From assembly GCA_041690135.1 (NCBI GenBank), contig JAWLHY010000003.1:192001-256000 (forward strand): a DNA stretch of 64,000 nucleotides. Reading direction: 5' to 3'. Of the stretch, positions 38,600 to 48,056 are shown one piece after another. The notes beneath the pieces were generated by a model, which had not been told where the DNA came from, searched no databases, and saw only the letters and a list, made by a program, of their open reading frames with translations. The position numbers and the translations under genes are program-made. Within the stretch, counting starts at the first letter, position 1; each line of letters opens with the position of its first letter. This stretch comes from Armatimonadota bacterium (GTDB lineage: Bacteria > Armatimonadota > SYMT01).

Positions 38600-39817
38600 A
38601 TGATGAACGCCTGGACGTTGGCCGCCCTGCTTTTGCTGGCGGCACCGGCGGAGAATGGCCGCGTGTGGAGCGGGTTCCGGGGGAACGGTGCGAGCCACTC
38701 AACAGCCCGCAACCTACCCCTGAAATGGGCCGAGCAGGAGAACGTCGCCTGGCAGGTGGACCTGCCGGGGCACGGGCAGTCCAGCCCGGTGGTGTGGGAG
38801 AACCGCGTCTTCGTCACCGCGGTGGACGGCGAGATGCAAGACCGTCTGCTCGTGCGCTGCCTCGACCTGGCGACGGGCAAAACGCTCTGGGACCGGGAGT
38901 TCAAGGCGTCGCAGGGCGTCAAGAGCAGCGATTACGTGAGCAAGGCCGCCCCCACCCCCGCCGTGGATGCCGAGCGGCTGTACCTCTTCTTTGAGTCGGG
39001 AGATCTCCTGGCCCTCACCCACGCGGGCGAGCCGGTCTGGCAGCGCTCGCTGGTCCGCGACTACGGCGCGATCAAGAGCAACCACGGGCTCGGCACCTCT
39101 CCGGTGCTCACCCGGAACGGGCTGCTGCTCTGGATCAGCCACGAAGGCGGAGCGTACCTGCTCTCGGTCAATCCGAAAACCGGGCAGAACCGGTGGAAGC
39201 GAGACCACCCCTTCGGCGCGGGCTGGGCCACGCCTCTGGTCTTGGAGCACGCCGGCCGCTCCCTCGTGCTGGTGACCTCTAGCGGTCGCGTGGATGCCTT
39301 CGACCTGGCCACCGGCGAGCCCCGGTGGCACCTCACCGGCCTGAAAGGGAACACCGTCCCCTCCCCGTCCCCGGCCGGCGACCGCGTCGTCATCGGTTCC
39401 AGCGACCCGGGCTCCACGCTGACGGTGCGCCTCGACGGCCAGGGCGATGTTACCGGAAGCCACATCACCTGGCGGCAGCCGGACGTGAACTGCTCCTTCG
39501 GCTCACCGCTGGTGTACCAGGACTGCGTCTACCTGGTCAACCGGGCCGGCGTGGCGTACTGCCTTGACCTGGCGACCGGTAAGCCCCACTGGGACACCCG
39601 CCTGGGCGCCTCGGCCTGGGCCTCTCCCCTCGCGGTGGGCGATCGGGTCTACTTCTTCGACACCAACGGTGGCACGACCGTCGTCAAGGCGGGACCGAAA
39701 CTGGAGAAGCTGGCCGAGAATCGCCTTCCGGCCGTGGGCCGGGTGTACGGCATCGCCGCCGTCGACGGCGCGATCCTCATCCGCAGCGCCGGACGCCTCA
39801 CCCGGGTGGGCAAGTGA
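38600..39817 (+). CDS. PQQ-like (BamB-like) beta-propeller repeat protein
   Basis: WSGFRG, LPG.GQSSPVVW, CLDLATGK..W repeats, WASPL. Confidence 0.88.
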   Translation: MMNAWTLAALLLLAAPAENGRVWSGFRGNGASHSTARNLPLKWAEQENVAWQVDLPGHGQSSPVVWENRVFVTAVDGEMQDRLLVRCLDLATGKTLWDREFKASQGVKSSDYVSKAAPTPAVDAERLYLFFESGDLLALTHAGEPVWQRSLVRDYGAIKSNHGLGTSPVLTRNGLLLWISHEGGAYLLSVNPKTGQNRWKRDHPFGAGWATPLVLEHAGRSLVLVTSSGRVDAFDLATGEPRWHLTGLKGNTVPSPSPAGDRVVIGSSDPGSTLTVRLDGQGDVTGSHITWRQPDVNCSFGSPLVYQDCVYLVNRAGVAYCLDLATGKPHWDTRLGASAWASPLAVGDRVYFFDTNGGTTVVKAGPKLEKLAENRLPAVGRVYGIAAVDGAILIRSAGRLTRVGK

Positions 39818-39874
39818 AGATAAGGACGGGTGGATAAGGATAAAGATAAGGAAGCTACGTTAGCCAACGGGACG

Positions 39875-40022
39875 GTAGGGAATGTGACGCCGTTCCATTC
39901 CGCAGTCACTGGAGTTGAAGTCGTTGGGCCAAACCGGACTGGTCTTGGGCTCAGACCGCTACACTTCGGCGGGACGGGATCAGCCCCAGGCCGACGGAAC
40001 GCTACGGCGAGACGTTCCCTAC
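39875..40022. repeat. REPIN/MITE-like element, copy 2
   Basis: GTAGGGAATGTGACGCCG...CGGCGAGACGTTCCCTAC; inverted homolog of 15918..16066. Confidence 0.85.
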
Positions 40023-40130
40023 CACTACCGCTGTCATAGGCTCATGATCGGGGCTCTACCCGCTCCTTACCTTTATCCTTATCCTCCCGCCCCGCTCCTT
40101 ATCCTCCCCCTTCATTGTCCTTATCCTTAT

Positions 40131-41357
40131 CTATCCCCGGGTCTTCCGCATCAACGCCCACGCCACCATCAGGGTGACCGGGCCGTAGAGGAAGAGGACG
40201 CGGTAATCGCGGCCGGCGAGGGCCAGCACCCCGCCGGCCGCGACCGGCCCGAGGATCGCCGCCAACTGCTGGGCCAGCAGGTAGAGACCCGTGTAGGCCC
40301 CCTCCCGGCGCGGAGGGGCGAAGTCCAGCACCATCGGCAGCAGGTTCGCCAGGATGAGCGACCACGCCAGCCCGGCGCAAACGAGCATGGCCCCCACCAG
40401 CGGGGCCGTCCGCAGGAAGAAACCGGTCGAAAGCACGAGGGCCAGCAGGGCGATTCCCCATTGGATGGCGCGCCGCCGGCCGAAGCGCCCACCCGCCGCC
40501 CCCGCCGGAAGCGCCCCCAGGACCACCGAGAGGGCGAAACAGCCCAGGAGCATGGTGGCAGAACCCGGCTCCAGCTTCAGGAAGTCCACGGCATAGGACG
40601 TGAAGAACGTCTCGATTGCCGTGAACTCCAGGAACGAAAAGAAGACGGCGCCGAGAAGCAATAGCGCGGACCGGTCGTGGTCGCCCAGCACGGTCCGCAG
40701 GCTGGCGAGGAGCCCCGGCTCTTCCCCGGTGGGCGCTTCGGGGCACTCCGGCTCCCGCACGTGGGTCAGCACCATCCCGCACGCCAGCAGCATCCCCACG
40801 GCGCCGAAGAGGAAGGCGATCAGGGGGGAGCGCTTTGCCAGCGCGCCGCCCACCACCAGCGCCAGCACCCCACCCACTCCGCTCATCAGGCCCAGGATAC
40901 CGTTCGCCTGCGACCGGTGCTCCGGCGGGGTGAGGTCCGGCATCAGGGCGGTGAGGGGTGTCCGGAAGAGATCCATCGCCAGCAGGGTCGCCACAATGGC
41001 CGCCATGAAGAGGGGGAGGGGCTGCCCCAGGGCCAGTGGGATCGCCGCAAACGCCACGGCGGCGAGCGGAGCGCCGACCATGATGAACGGCTTCCGCCTG
41101 CCCCAGCCGGTGCGGGTACGGTCCGACCAGGCCCCCACGTACGGCAGGATCAACAATGCCGCGAGGTTGTCCAGCGTCATCACGAACCCGGTCATCGGGG
41201 GACTGAGCGCATAGCCCGGTCCCGGCGACCCGGTCTGGAAGTCCGGGCGCCCGGTTTGCAGGAACACCGGCACCAGCGAGTTATAGATCGGCCAGACCAG
41301 GGTCACCCCCAGCATGCCGAACCCCAGGAGCCAGATTCTGCCGTAAGGAAATTTCAT
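40131..41357 (-). CDS. MFS transporter (sugar/glycoside, SLC45-like)
   Basis: About 12 hydrophobic segments; GAWSDRTRTGWGRRKPF; ALMPDLTP. Confidence 0.88.
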   Translation of the reverse strand: MKFPYGRIWLLGFGMLGVTLVWPIYNSLVPVFLQTGRPDFQTGSPGPGYALSPPMTGFVMTLDNLAALLILPYVGAWSDRTRTGWGRRKPFIMVGAPLAAVAFAAIPLALGQPLPLFMAAIVATLLAMDLFRTPLTALMPDLTPPEHRSQANGILGLMSGVGGVLALVVGGALAKRSPLIAFLFGAVGMLLACGMVLTHVREPECPEAPTGEEPGLLASLRTVLGDHDRSALLLLGAVFFSFLEFTAIETFFTSYAVDFLKLEPGSATMLLGCFALSVVLGALPAGAAGGRFGRRRAIQWGIALLALVLSTGFFLRTAPLVGAMLVCAGLAWSLILANLLPMVLDFAPPRREGAYTGLYLLAQQLAAILGPVAAGGVLALAGRDYRVLFLYGPVTLMVAWALMRKTRG

Positions 41358-41512
41358 GAGAATGCCGGTTAGTGCTCGTCGGGTTGGAGTATAGCCTGGA
41401 ACGTTCCACAATCGCAGGACCCAAGTTCGTTACGAGACGCTTGTTTCAGGGGTTCGCATCCGCCTGGAAATGCTACAGTTCTATGAGCAGATTTTCGGAA
41501 AGGGGTAGGGCC

Positions 41513-42754
41513 ATGGCAAGCGAGGAGATCCAGAACGGCCGGCGACGGGTGCTGCAGTGGCTGGGCGCGGGCACGTTGGGGCTGGGCGCCCGGCAGGGGT
41601 GGGCGCAAGAGAGCGTCGGCGGTCTCCGGGTGGTGACCGGCTTTCCGGGAGGCTCGGCCCGCGTCGAGCGCCTGGACGCGGCGGCGCAGAGCGTTCACCT
41701 CTCCCCCACGCCCTATCCGGACCGCGGCTGGGATTGCTGGTGGTATTGCCGGCTGGAGGGTCTCCGCCCGGGTGAAAAGCTCACGCTGAGCGTCGGCGGG
41801 CATGGGTTTGCGCGGGCAGACCGGGCAATGTTCAGCCCGGACAACCGGAACTGGCGCCACTCCGCGCCCGGCCGCAAGGAAGGCAACCGGATGGTCTACG
41901 AGCTGCAGCCGGAGACCTCGGAGCTGTGGGTCGCCTGGGGGCCTCCTTTCACCCTGGCCGATGCCCGGGCGCTGGTCGGAAAGGCCGCACGCGACTGTCC
42001 CGCGGCCTCAGCGTTCGAGTTGTGCAAGAGCCGGGAAGGGCGATCGGTCCCGGCCCTCCGGGTCTGCGCGGTGGGGCCCAACGAGCCCCGGCGGCTGGGG
42101 ATCTGGGTGCAGGCCCGGCAGCACGCCTGGGAGAGCGGCTCGTCCTACGTCTGCCGTGGCTTAACGGAGTGGCTCGTGTCCGATGATCCCCGGGCCGCGG
42201 ACTTGCGACGGAAGGCGCTGGTCACGATCGTCCCGATCATGGACGTGGATAACGTGGAGCGTGGGGCCGGGGGCAAGAACCAGAAGCCGCAGGACCACAA
42301 CCGCGACTGGAGCGCCGCGCCGCACTGGCCGGAGGTCCGCGCCGCCCAGGCGGAGATCCGCCAACAGGCGGGGACCGGCGGGTTCGACATGTTCGTCGAC
42401 CTCCACAACCCGGCGCCAAACGACCGGGAGCCCGAGTTCTTCCTGACTCCCAAGGAACTGCTGTCGGAGCGGGGCCGCCGGAACCTCGCGCGCTTCCTCT
42501 CCCTGGCGAAGAGCGAGATGACGGGGCCTCTGACTTACCGCGGAAAAATCCGCGAAACCGGCGCCGGCTACGACGCGAACTGGGAGAAGATCAGCAAAAT
42601 CTGGGTGACCCGAAACACGCCGGACCACGTGCTTACCGCCACGCTGGAAACCGCCTGGAACACGCCCCAGAGCACCCCCGCGGCCTACATGCGCCTCGGC
42701 CGGGAGCTGGGCCTGGCGATCGAGAGTTACTTCCGCGAAGATACCCGAAAGTAA
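41513..42754 (+). CDS. Tat-exported M14 (cytosolic-carboxypeptidase-like) zinc peptidase
   Basis: GRRRVLQW signal; ARQHAWE (HxxE), DHNRDW, FVDLHNP, TLET. Confidence 0.85.
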   Translation: MASEEIQNGRRRVLQWLGAGTLGLGARQGWAQESVGGLRVVTGFPGGSARVERLDAAAQSVHLSPTPYPDRGWDCWWYCRLEGLRPGEKLTLSVGGHGFARADRAMFSPDNRNWRHSAPGRKEGNRMVYELQPETSELWVAWGPPFTLADARALVGKAARDCPAASAFELCKSREGRSVPALRVCAVGPNEPRRLGIWVQARQHAWESGSSYVCRGLTEWLVSDDPRAADLRRKALVTIVPIMDVDNVERGAGGKNQKPQDHNRDWSAAPHWPEVRAAQAEIRQQAGTGGFDMFVDLHNPAPNDREPEFFLTPKELLSERGRRNLARFLSLAKSEMTGPLTYRGKIRETGAGYDANWEKISKIWVTRNTPDHVLTATLETAWNTPQSTPAAYMRLGRELGLAIESYFREDTRK

Positions 42755-42760
42755 AGAGCC

Positions 42761-43456
42761 ATGCCGGATTTCGACCGCATCACGCACCTTACTTTCGACT
42801 GCTACGGGACCCTGATCGATTGGGAAGCCGGGATCCTGGAAGCCGTGCGCCCGGTGCTGGAACGGCACGGAGTCGCCGCCGCGAATGAGGAGATTCTCCG
42901 GGCCTATGTCCGCCTGGAAGCGGAATTGGAAGCGGGCCCCTATCGGCCTTACCGGGAGATCCTGCGGGGCGTGTTGACCGGAATGGGGCCTGTCTTCGGG
43001 TTCTCCCCCACGGAGGCGGACCGGGAGGCTCTGCCCGGTTCCATCGGGCAGTGGCCGCCCTTCCCGGACACGGTGGAGGCGCTCCGGCGACTGAAGCAAC
43101 GGTACGCGCTCGTCATCCTCTCCAACATCGACGACGCGCTGTTCGCCCGCACGGCCCCGCACCTGGGCGTGGAGTTCGATGCGGTCATCACGGCGCAGCA
43201 GGTCGGCAGCTACAAGCCCGCCCCGGCGAACTTCCGGGCGGCCCTGGAGCGGCTGGCCGTGCCCCGGGAGCAGGTGCTCCACGTGGCCCAAAGCCTGTAT
43301 CACGACCACGTCCCCGCCAAAGCCCTGGGTCTCCGCACGGTATGGGTGAACCGTCCCAGCCGTTTAACAGGTACCGGCGTGGCGCCACCGGCCGACGTGC
43401 AGCCGGACCTGGAAGTGCCGAACCTGCAGTCTCTGGTGAGGCTGATGGGACTATAG
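42761..43456 (+). CDS. HAD-superfamily hydrolase (haloacid dehalogenase type II-like)
   Basis: FDCYGTLIDW, LSNID, YKP, HVAQSLYHD. Confidence 0.9.
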   Translation: MPDFDRITHLTFDCYGTLIDWEAGILEAVRPVLERHGVAAANEEILRAYVRLEAELEAGPYRPYREILRGVLTGMGPVFGFSPTEADREALPGSIGQWPPFPDTVEALRRLKQRYALVILSNIDDALFARTAPHLGVEFDAVITAQQVGSYKPAPANFRAALERLAVPREQVLHVAQSLYHDHVPAKALGLRTVWVNRPSRLTGTGVAPPADVQPDLEVPNLQSLVRLMGL

Positions 43457-43934
43457 CCACGACATGCACCGGGGCTTGTGCACTCTCTGCCGCCCCTCCA
43501 GGGCTTGGAGCTATTCGCCGCAATTCCGGGGGCTCACGCCCCCGGCTAGTCTCTTACACCCCTCCGGGGCTCCAGGTGTTGCTGGTCCCTCGCGTCGCGG
43601 CAGCCCTTCTAGCCTTTATGGATGCTGTTGGGAAATTCGATCACGGGCAGTGCAACTGCGGAAGCCTGTGGTTTCGCAGTTGCTGCGGATCACCCAGATC
43701 GCGACTGTCGGCCCCAGTTCGGGAGCGGCGCAGTGCAACTGCGCACGAGACGCTTCCCTCCAGTGCCTTTCCTCCCATGCCTTTGCATCAGTGCCCTTCC
43801 TTCCGCGTTCTTCCGTGTGTTCCGCGGGCATATCTCCCCTTCCGGCGGTCTTAACACTTTCTTCATCCTGTCAGCGTCTACTCCACACAGAAGGGCGGCC
43901 GTGAGGTCGGGTCGGTCTTCGCAGAGGGGGAGAG

Positions 43935-45179
43935 ATGTTAGCAGTCAGTCCGAAGGTGCTCCAGGTGGCCGCCGCGGGTTTGCTCCTGGGCGGGGCCGTG
44001 ACGGCGCAGACGCTGTCGCAGAAGCCGGTCGTGCTCGAGAGTTCGAACCCGGCCCAGATCCGCGAGCTGGCGCTGCGGGTAGAGACCCAGCAGAGCCTCG
44101 CCGGAGCCGGCCCGCTCACCGCGCCCGAGGGATCTTTTGCGGAGACCCCGAGGCCCGTGGTTCCTCCCCCTTCCCGGCTGGAGAAGCCCGTCGCCGTGGC
44201 ACGGAGGCCCGCGCCGTCGCCCCCACAGGCGCTCACCCGACCGGCGCCGGTGCGCGAGGAGAAACCGGTCACGGCCCCGGCCCCGCCGCCCCCGCCGGTA
44301 GACCCGATCCGGAATGTGGCATTGATGGGTGTCACGCACGCCAATGGGGAGGACTCCGCCTGGCTGGTGGACTTGAGCGACCAGGAACGAGAGATCGTGA
44401 ACGTCGGCGACCGGGCCTTCGGGTTCACCATCAAAGCCATCGAACCGGAGAGTGTGGTACTGACGCGGAACGGTGACGATTTCGAGCTGCGACTGGGTCA
44501 GAAGCAGATCGCGAGCGCCTCGAACGGTGGCGGCGCTACCTACGCTGCGGCCAGTGGGGAGGGGGGTGAAGGCCCTGGCGGTGCTGGCGGTGAGGGTCGG
44601 CGGGGGCGCGGCGGCTTTCCCGGCTTCGGCGGTCCCGGCGGGGAGGGTTTCGGTGGGCGGTTCTCCCGCTCCGGCGGGGGGTTCAGCGGCTTCGGTGGCC
44701 GCGGCTCGCGCTCGGGGGGAGACCGGGGCTCCCGGTACTCCAGCTCAAGCTCGGGCAGCTACGGCAGTAGCGGTTCCGACTCCTCGCGCAGCAGCCGGTA
44801 CAGCTCCGATAGCTCCCGTTCGGGCCGCTACGGTGGCTCCTCCGGGGGTTATAGTCGCAGCTCCTCGGGTGGTTTCGGGCGCGGTTCCAGTTTTGGCGGA
44901 TCCGGGTTGGGTGGCTTCGCGGGGAACAATGGGGGAGGCAATAACAGCCAGTTCTCCAGCAGTGGCGCCGTCAGCTCGACTTCGAATCCGCAGACCGCCC
45001 GCCGTCGGGGAGCGCGCCTGAGCACGGGAAGCGATCCCATCGAGACTCCAGCCCCGATCTCCAATCCGCAGACCACCCGACGCATGGGTTCCGCCGGCAG
45101 CGCGGGGGCCGCCTTCGGACAGGACTCCGGCACGGTCGGCAGCCTGCGGTCGACTAACGGCGGGCGACAGGGGCGGTAA
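43935..45179 (+). CDS. Secreted protein with a PilP/GspC-like beta domain and Gly/Ser/Arg-rich tail
   Basis: Pro-rich linker; ALMGV....SAWLVD.....IVNVGD...FTIKAIEPESVVL; long low-complexity C-terminus. Confidence 0.65.
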   Translation: MLAVSPKVLQVAAAGLLLGGAVTAQTLSQKPVVLESSNPAQIRELALRVETQQSLAGAGPLTAPEGSFAETPRPVVPPPSRLEKPVAVARRPAPSPPQALTRPAPVREEKPVTAPAPPPPPVDPIRNVALMGVTHANGEDSAWLVDLSDQEREIVNVGDRAFGFTIKAIEPESVVLTRNGDDFELRLGQKQIASASNGGGATYAAASGEGGEGPGGAGGEGRRGRGGFPGFGGPGGEGFGGRFSRSGGGFSGFGGRGSRSGGDRGSRYSSSSSGSYGSSGSDSSRSSRYSSDSSRSGRYGGSSGGYSRSSSGGFGRGSSFGGSGLGGFAGNNGGGNNSQFSSSGAVSSTSNPQTARRRGARLSTGSDPIETPAPISNPQTTRRMGSAGSAGAAFGQDSGTVGSLRSTNGGRQGR

Positions 45180-45196
45180 GAACTCCCTCGGCCGTC

Positions 45197-47776
45197 TCAA
45201 CGCCGGCCACAGCAGCGTTCGATTTCGGCGAGAAGACGAGGAACATCGAGCGGCTTCGCGAGGGAGAGGGCCGTCCGGAGATAACCGGCGGCGGGGGCGG
45301 GGTCCTGCGCGCCGGACACGATGACGACCGGAATATCGGCCAGGGCCGGGTCCCTCTCCTGCTCCGCGCGGAACACCCAGCCGTTCATTCCCGGCATCAC
45401 CAGGTCCAGGAGGATCAGGTCCGGGCGATGCCCCTGGCGCAGGTATTCCAGACCCTGGCGCCCTCCGGAGGCCGTAGTCACCTGGTAACCCTCCGCCTCA
45501 AGGACTTCCGCCAGGCTCTCCCGGGCCGCGGGATCGTCGTCCACGATCAAAATGCGGCATGGCCTGGCGCGCCAGGGCCCGGCGTCGAGCACGGCACGGA
45601 CCTTGGCCGCGAGCTCGTCGGGGGTAAACGGCTTCTGAATGAAATGGGTGGAAGGCCCTTCCACGCCGCCGCGGACCACGGCATCGTCGGTGTAGCCGCT
45701 CATATAGAGAACACTCAGGTCGGGCAGCCATTCGGTTAGCTTCTCAGCGAGCGCCCGGCCGTTCAAGCTCCCCGGCATTACCACATCCGTCAGCAGCAAG
45801 TGAATCGTCCCGGCGTACTCCCCGGCGATACGCAAGGCCTCATCGCCGTCTCGCGCCAGGAGCACCTGGTATCCGTAACTCTCCAGCACGCTGTGGACCA
45901 GCCGGCGGACGAGGTCCTCATCTTCCACCAGCAGCACGGTCTCCGTCCCACCCGCCGGCGTGGGCGCCTTTACATCCCGGTTTTCCGGCACGCCGGCCGC
46001 TCGGGGCAGAAAGATATCGAAAGTGGTGCCTACGCCCGGCTCGCTTTCCACATGGATGTGGCCGCCCGCTTGCTGGACGATGCCGAAGACGGTCGCCAAC
46101 CCCAGGCCTGTTCCCAGGCCCGCCGGCTTGGTGGTGAAGAACGGTTCGAAGATATGCTCGCGCGTCTCCACGTCCATGCCGCAGCCAGTATCGGTGACCG
46201 ACAGCCGGACGTACCGGCCGGGCTCCAGGTCCGAGAAACCTCGAGCCGGGCTCTCCGTCCACTCCACGTTTCGTACCCCGAGCGAGAGGGTGCCGCCGTG
46301 GGGCATGGCATCGCGACTGTTCACCGCCAGGTTCAGGAGAAGTTGCTCCACCTGGGTAGGGTCGACGTGAACGTAAGTGGGCAGTGTGTCGAGCTCCGTC
46401 CGCAGGCGAATGTCCTCCCCGATGAGGCGGCCCAGCATCCTCTGGAGGTCGCCCACGATCTCGCGAAGGTCAACGACCCGCGGGTCCAGCACCTGCTTGC
46501 GGCTGAACGCGAGTAGCTGGCGCGTGAGGTTGGCGGCGCGCTCACCCGCGCGGGAAATCTCGCGGAGGGGCCCCCGGAGAGGGCTCTCCTCGGGCAGGCT
46601 CGACAGCAGCATTTCGCTGTAGCCGGTGATAACCCCCAGCATGTTGTTGAAGTCGTGCGCCACGCCCCCAGCCAGGCGTCCGACCGCCTCCATCTTCTGG
46701 GCCTGACGGAACTGCTCTTCCAGTTCCCGGGCTTCCGTCACATCGCGGGTCACCGTCAGTACGCGGGAGATCGTACCGTCCGGCTCGGGAAACGGCGCCG
46801 CGTGCGTTTCGAGGGTGAGCCGCCGCCCCTTCAGGGTGATCACGTCGACGTTGAACGCGCGGGTCTCACCCCGGAACACGGCATTCAAGATCTCCCGCAC
46901 TCGGACGCGGTGCTCCGTCGCGATGAGGTCGAAGACACAGCGCCCCAGTACGTCGGCGGCATCTTCGGCGTCCAGCATCTCCAGTCCGGCGCGATTGGAG
47001 CGGAGCACCGTGCCGTCCGTCGCGATCAGCTTCAGGCAAGCTGGTTCCGTCTCCAGGATAGTCCGCAGTTCCGTCTCACTGCGGCGGAGATCACTGACAT
47101 CGGTCCGGTATTGCCGCTCCCGGTCTTCGAGCTGTCGCCGAACCCGCTCGCGCTCATACACCCGCCCCAACTGAACGCCAAGGTGGGTCAGTACGTCCAA
47201 CACGCGCGCGTCCGGCTCGACCCGCTCGGAAGTCAGGAACTCCAGAACGGCGACCACTTCCGCCCCCACCAGTACCGGAAATCCGGCTCCGGTACGCAAA
47301 CCCGCCACGCGCCCGCTTTCGCGCCGAGGGCTCTCCGGGGCATGGATGAGGTCGGAAAGCCAGACGGCCTCGCACCGGGAGCATACCTGTCCCGGGAGAT
47401 CCTCACCCGGCGCGAAAAGTCCGGGTTCCGAGGCCTGAAGGAACGAGCGATAGCGGTCGCCCTCTTCCGCGCAGTAGTGTGAGGCAAGCACCAGCCGAGC
47501 CGCCTCCGGAGAGGGCTCCACCCGGTAGGCCAGCCCGAGGGGCCACTCCAGCGTCTGGCCGACGAGCGAAAGAGTTACCGCCAATGCGCGCTCCGGGTCC
47601 TCTTCCTGGGTCGCAAGATCGACGATCCGCCGGGTGAGGTCCCGCAGCCTATCGCGCAGGCGCACGCCAGCGTCTCCATGGGAGGGCGAACCCCCCGCCG
47701 CTCCTGGCGTTCCGTCCATCCCTTCTGCGGGCGGTAGACCGGTCCCGTCTCCACCCATTGCCTTCGGCCGAACCAT
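45197..47776 (-). CDS. Cytoplasmic hybrid histidine kinase GAF-PAS-HisKA-HATPase-REC-REC
   Basis: GLPG-like GAF, PAS, QKMEAVGRLAGGVAHDFNN, NSRDAM, DTGCGM, GTGLGL, and two receivers (LLTDVVMP, ILLDLVMP). Confidence 0.93.
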   Translation of the reverse strand: MVRPKAMGGDGTGLPPAEGMDGTPGAAGGSPSHGDAGVRLRDRLRDLTRRIVDLATQEEDPERALAVTLSLVGQTLEWPLGLAYRVEPSPEAARLVLASHYCAEEGDRYRSFLQASEPGLFAPGEDLPGQVCSRCEAVWLSDLIHAPESPRRESGRVAGLRTGAGFPVLVGAEVVAVLEFLTSERVEPDARVLDVLTHLGVQLGRVYERERVRRQLEDRERQYRTDVSDLRRSETELRTILETEPACLKLIATDGTVLRSNRAGLEMLDAEDAADVLGRCVFDLIATEHRVRVREILNAVFRGETRAFNVDVITLKGRRLTLETHAAPFPEPDGTISRVLTVTRDVTEARELEEQFRQAQKMEAVGRLAGGVAHDFNNMLGVITGYSEMLLSSLPEESPLRGPLREISRAGERAANLTRQLLAFSRKQVLDPRVVDLREIVGDLQRMLGRLIGEDIRLRTELDTLPTYVHVDPTQVEQLLLNLAVNSRDAMPHGGTLSLGVRNVEWTESPARGFSDLEPGRYVRLSVTDTGCGMDVETREHIFEPFFTTKPAGLGTGLGLATVFGIVQQAGGHIHVESEPGVGTTFDIFLPRAAGVPENRDVKAPTPAGGTETVLLVEDEDLVRRLVHSVLESYGYQVLLARDGDEALRIAGEYAGTIHLLLTDVVMPGSLNGRALAEKLTEWLPDLSVLYMSGYTDDAVVRGGVEGPSTHFIQKPFTPDELAAKVRAVLDAGPWRARPCRILIVDDDPAARESLAEVLEAEGYQVTTASGGRQGLEYLRQGHRPDLILLDLVMPGMNGWVFRAEQERDPALADIPVVIVSGAQDPAPAAGYLRTALSLAKPLDVPRLLAEIERCCGRR

Positions 47777-48056
47777 AACGTTCCCCCGGTAACCCGCTTC
47801 AGGTACGGATAGCCGGCTTGAAGTTGATTAATGCCACTGTTTACCCACGCCGGATGCAGGGCCTAACCGGGAGTATGGCGGGCAAGCGCGCCGGAGACTC
47901 ATCCTTTGGTTGACATGGTTCCTGGCTACAGAACGGCTTCTCTCCTGGCAACCGTGCATGCTCCCCGTCTCCAGGGGGAAACGCGTCCGCAACGTCGTAT
48001 AACCTAGGAGGCTCCCTCGTCCGGGATGCCGGTGGAGTTACCGGTGGAGTTAAAGG

